Below are positions 58,707 through 61,493 of a stretch of DNA of 61,493 bases, piece by piece. The notes beneath the pieces are model-generated. The model saw only the letters and a program-made list of their open reading frames with translations. It had not been told where the DNA came from and did not search any database. The stretch's first letter is position 1. Each line of letters starts with the position of its first letter. Both the position numbers and the translations under genes were made by a program. The stretch covers positions 1 to 61,493 of the forward strand of contig JBEKSC010000017.1 in NCBI GenBank assembly GCA_049517415.1. The letters are read 5' to 3'. Source of the DNA: Candidatus Bathyarchaeia archaeon (lineage in GTDB: Archaea; Thermoproteota; Bathyarchaeia; 40CM-2-53-6).

Positions 58707-59321
58707 TCACAGTTTAGTAGCGATTTTTTCGATGAAGTTCTCTAGGATTCGCTTGCCTGCCAAGTTCTCTTCGTTCCATCTCTCTGGATGGAACTGTACG
58801 CCGTACAAGGGTTTCTGCTCATGCTTCATCGCCTCATTTTTCGTTTCTTTAGATCTGGCTATTCGCACGAAACCCGGTGGCAGGCGCTTCACTTCCTCAT
58901 AGTGACTTTGCACCACCCTGATCTTTGATGGCAACCCCGCCAAGAGGTGATTCTTGTCTTCAAGTTCAACCGTCCGAAAACCATCAACATGACGGCCTGA
59001 CTTAGCCACTTCACCACCATAAGCGATCGCTAGCGCTTGATGACCTCCGCATATTCCCAATGTCGGGACCTCGATTCTAGGAAGAAAGGCGAAGAGATCC
59101 CCGAATTCCTTCCGGTCGGCTGTGCGCGTGAATAATGCTTCTGTGCCGCTCAGTATGATACCGTCGTAGCTAAGGAGCTGGGATGGGTCAAGGGCGGGTA
59201 AACTTGTATGGTCAGAAATTGAAACTTCTGCACCAAGTGTCTTGACTCGTGTTACGAGTTTGTTGAAACTTAACTTACGTTTAGGGTCAAGGAAGAGGTT
59301 CACGACTAGGATCCGCTTCAT
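58707..59321 (-). CDS. Class I glutamine amidotransferase (GMP synthase subunit A-like)
   Basis: GIILSG, LGICGGHQ, SHYE, YGVQFHPE; start uncertain. Confidence 0.9.
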   Translation of the reverse strand: MKRILVVNLFLDPKRKLSFNKLVTRVKTLGAEVSISDHTSLPALDPSQLLSYDGIILSGTEALFTRTADRKEFGDLFAFLPRIEVPTLGICGGHQALAIAYGGEVAKSGRHVDGFRTVELEDKNHLLAGLPSKIRVVQSHYEEVKRLPPGFVRIARSKETKNEAMKHEQKPLYGVQFHPERWNEENLAGKRILENFIEKIATKL

Positions 59322-59496
59322 CCACCAGAGCACCAGGATTTGTATCGGGCTCATTTCCAAGAGCGTGCATTTTGGTGTTGCGTCTGTCCCCGAGTTGGTC
59401 GATTGTGGTATAGAGTTTGGTGGGGCCGCCGAAACTTAGACTTTAGGTTCAGATTACGGAGCGCCCGAACGCGGCTCAGCCGATTTGCGCTTATTC

Positions 59497-60039
59497 TTAG
59501 CGTGGGCTTGGTTCTTCGAATGACATGGTGGACGAATTGTTCGCTATCTCCACCTTAGGGGCAACTCCGACGATGTTCCTGACGGCTTGGTCGAAGTAGT
59601 TCACTAAGGCTACGTTGTAGCGCGGCCCGAGTTCATGGTGGAAAGTTATGGTGTACGAGCGGCCGTTACTGACGAGTTCTTAATGGTAAATTCCGCTGTA
59701 TTTTGAATGCACTTGCAGGAATGAGAAGAATGTTTCAAGGTTGAGTTTACCGAACCAGAAACGAGTGATTTCAGGAGCGTTCTTGCCACCAACCTCTCTA
59801 CCGTGAGTCACGAGCGCCTCGTCGCTCAGCAAATCGAACAAGCTTTTGAACCCCTGCCGCCCCAAGGATACATAGCCGAACCTTTCCGTGAAGCGATCCC
59901 ATTCAACGTATTTCGTTATCAGCGTCGTGAGAAGTGAATTGACGCTTAGTCCCTTCTTCTCGGCGTCCTCCTCTAGAATCTTATTGTGCTCGGCACTTAG
60001 GCGGATGCTTCTCAGAATAGTCTTCTTGCTACAGATCAA
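59497..60039 (-). pseudogene. Ribbon-helix-helix regulator with C-terminal alpha/beta domain, interrupted by an in-frame TAA (59680-59682)
   Basis: RSIRLSAEHNKILEEDAEKKGLSVNSLLTTLITKYVEW (RHH); frame continues past the stop as ELVSNGRSYTITFHHELGPRYNVALVNYFDQAV...MSFEEPSPR to TAA at 59497. Confidence 0.75.
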
Positions 60040-60144
60040 GACTCTTCTTGGAGCATCCTCGAACGTGTGTGAATAAGTGTTACGATGTAAACGTCGTTCC
60101 TAAATGCTAAGAACGCTCCATCCCGGGGATGGAGAGCAAAAGGC

Positions 60145-61493
60145 ATGGCGACTCAACCAATTTCGAATTATGGAGAAGCCTTGAAGGCCCTGAAGTCTAA
60201 CCTCAGGGGAGAAGTTCTGCTTCCAAGCGACAATGGCTACGAGCAGGCACGGAAGGTATGGAATGGAATGATTGACAGGCACCCTGCAATCATTGTAAGA
60301 TGTTCCGGGACTAGCGACATAATGAAAGCGGTCAAGTTTGCCAGCGACCAAGGGCTGACGGTTTCTGTGAGGGGAGGAGGGCATAATGTCGCTGGCAACG
60401 CCGTCTGTGATGGCGGGTTGATGATTGATCTATCAGGGATGAAAAGCGTGAGAGTCGACCCGTTGCGAAGAACGGCCCGCGTAGAACCAGGAGCAACCTG
60501 GAGGCAGTTCGACCTGGAAACGCAAGCATTCGGCCTTGCATCCACCGGCGGCCTCGTTTCAAGTACGGGGGTTGCTGGCTTCACACTTGGCGGCGGAATT
60601 GGATGGCTAGTGAGGAAACATGGCCTTGCGCTTGATAACCTCATCTCGGTTGACGTGGTAACTGCCAACGGCGAACTTCTGACCGCGAGCATGAATGAAA
60701 ACACCGACTTGTTCTGGGGGATAAGGGGCGGCGGCGGAAATTTCGGAGTAGTAGCCTCATTCGAGTTCCAGCTTCACCACGTCGGACCAATCGTGCTTGG
60801 TGGGCTCATAGTTTACAGGGCTGAAGATGGGCAAGCGCTACTCCGGTTTCACAGGGAGTTTGTGAAAAATACGCCAGATGAGCTGACAACGCTTCTCGTC
60901 TACTTGACAGCCCCACCCTTACCATTCCTGCCCAAAGAGGTCCACGGGAAGCACTTGGTTGCGATCGTTCTATGCTACTGCGGGAAAGTCGAAGAAGGGG
61001 AGCGGATTCTAGCTCTGCTTCGTAAATTCGGAAAGCCTGTGGCTGACGTAATCCAACCCATGCCGTATACGGTCCTGCAAAGCATGTTGGATGAGGCCGC
61101 GCCTGCGGGCATACAAAACTACTGGAAGTCCACCTACATCTCAGGCTTGAGCGACGATGCGATCGACACGATTCTTTCATTCGGCAACACAATATCATCA
61201 CCCTTCTCAGCAATTCACATACACCAGCTTGGAGGAGCGATGAGGCGAATAGGGGACGACGCTACTGCCTTCAGCCATCGTGACGCGCCCTTCGTCCTAA
61301 ACCTCGTCTCGGCTTGGCGAGACCCATCCGAGAATGATATGCACCTCAAGTGGACGAGAGATGCGTTCAATGCTATGAAGAAATTCGCCACTGGTGCCTA
61401 CGTAAACTTCCTAGGTGATGAAGGCGCGGACAGGGTCAAGGAAGCCTACGAAGAGGAAAAGTACAGAAAGCTAGTCGTACTCAAGGACAAATA
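60145..61493 (+). CDS. FAD-linked oxidoreductase (berberine-bridge/VAO family), runs off the window end
   Basis: Not in the ORF track. MATQPISNY...ARKVWNGMIDRHPA...VRGGGHNVAG...GFTLGGGIGW...DLFWGIRGGGGNFGVV...AYVNF. Confidence 0.93.
   Translation, partial: MATQPISNYGEALKALKSNLRGEVLLPSDNGYEQARKVWNGMIDRHPAIIVRCSGTSDIMKAVKFASDQGLTVSVRGGGHNVAGNAVCDGGLMIDLSGMKSVRVDPLRRTARVEPGATWRQFDLETQAFGLASTGGLVSSTGVAGFTLGGGIGWLVRKHGLALDNLISVDVVTANGELLTASMNENTDLFWGIRGGGGNFGVVASFEFQLHHVGPIVLGGLIVYRAEDGQALLRFHREFVKNTPDELTTLLVYLTAPPLPFLPKEVHGKHLVAIVLCYCGKVEEGERILALLRKFGKPVADVIQPMPYTVLQSMLDEAAPAGIQNYWKSTYISGLSDDAIDTILSFGNTISSPFSAIHIHQLGGAMRRIGDDATAFSHRDAPFVLNLVSAWRDPSENDMHLKWTRDAFNAMKKFATGAYVNFLGDEGADRVKEAYEEEKYRKLVVLKDK

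Noticed and set aside
50734..59682. TAA recoding suggested by two in-frame TAA codons
   Set aside because: TAA ends many intact genes here, and the two contexts suggest different original residues; independent nonsense changes or errors are simpler
60100..61213. Minus-strand track ORFs at the window end
   Set aside because: Antisense shadows of the plus-strand FAD oxidase, which the track missed because it has no stop in the window

Overview
Chromosomal DNA of an archaeon, about 50% GC. A TACK lineage, probably Bathyarchaeia-like, is inferred from gins next to mcm, a Cren7-like protein, and frequent TTG/GTG starts with overlapping genes. The centre is a replication cluster (hel308, mcm, gins, rfcS, rfcL, then moaB, moaC, cdc6) next to purB and an AsnB-like gene. 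Both flanks hold accessory genes: ECF, ABC-2, Dpp/Opp and MFS transporters, class III aminotransferases, DoxD plus Rieske, and surface proteins. There is one nonsense-inactivated IS605-family tnpB and several gene remnants. I saw no rRNA, tRNA or CRISPR array. The best candidate for an undescribed system is a 916-aa tandem tyrosine phenol-lyase whose halves have lost complementary catalytic residues, predicting one working composite active site and one degenerate site. Other highlights: an iterated G-string motif beside the replication genes with a related copy 10 kb away; two ORB-like boxes between gins and rfcS; RFC-L fused to a Cys-rich domain; a riboswitch-like leader on queT; an unusual DnaJ operon. 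All family calls come from motif recognition, not database searches.
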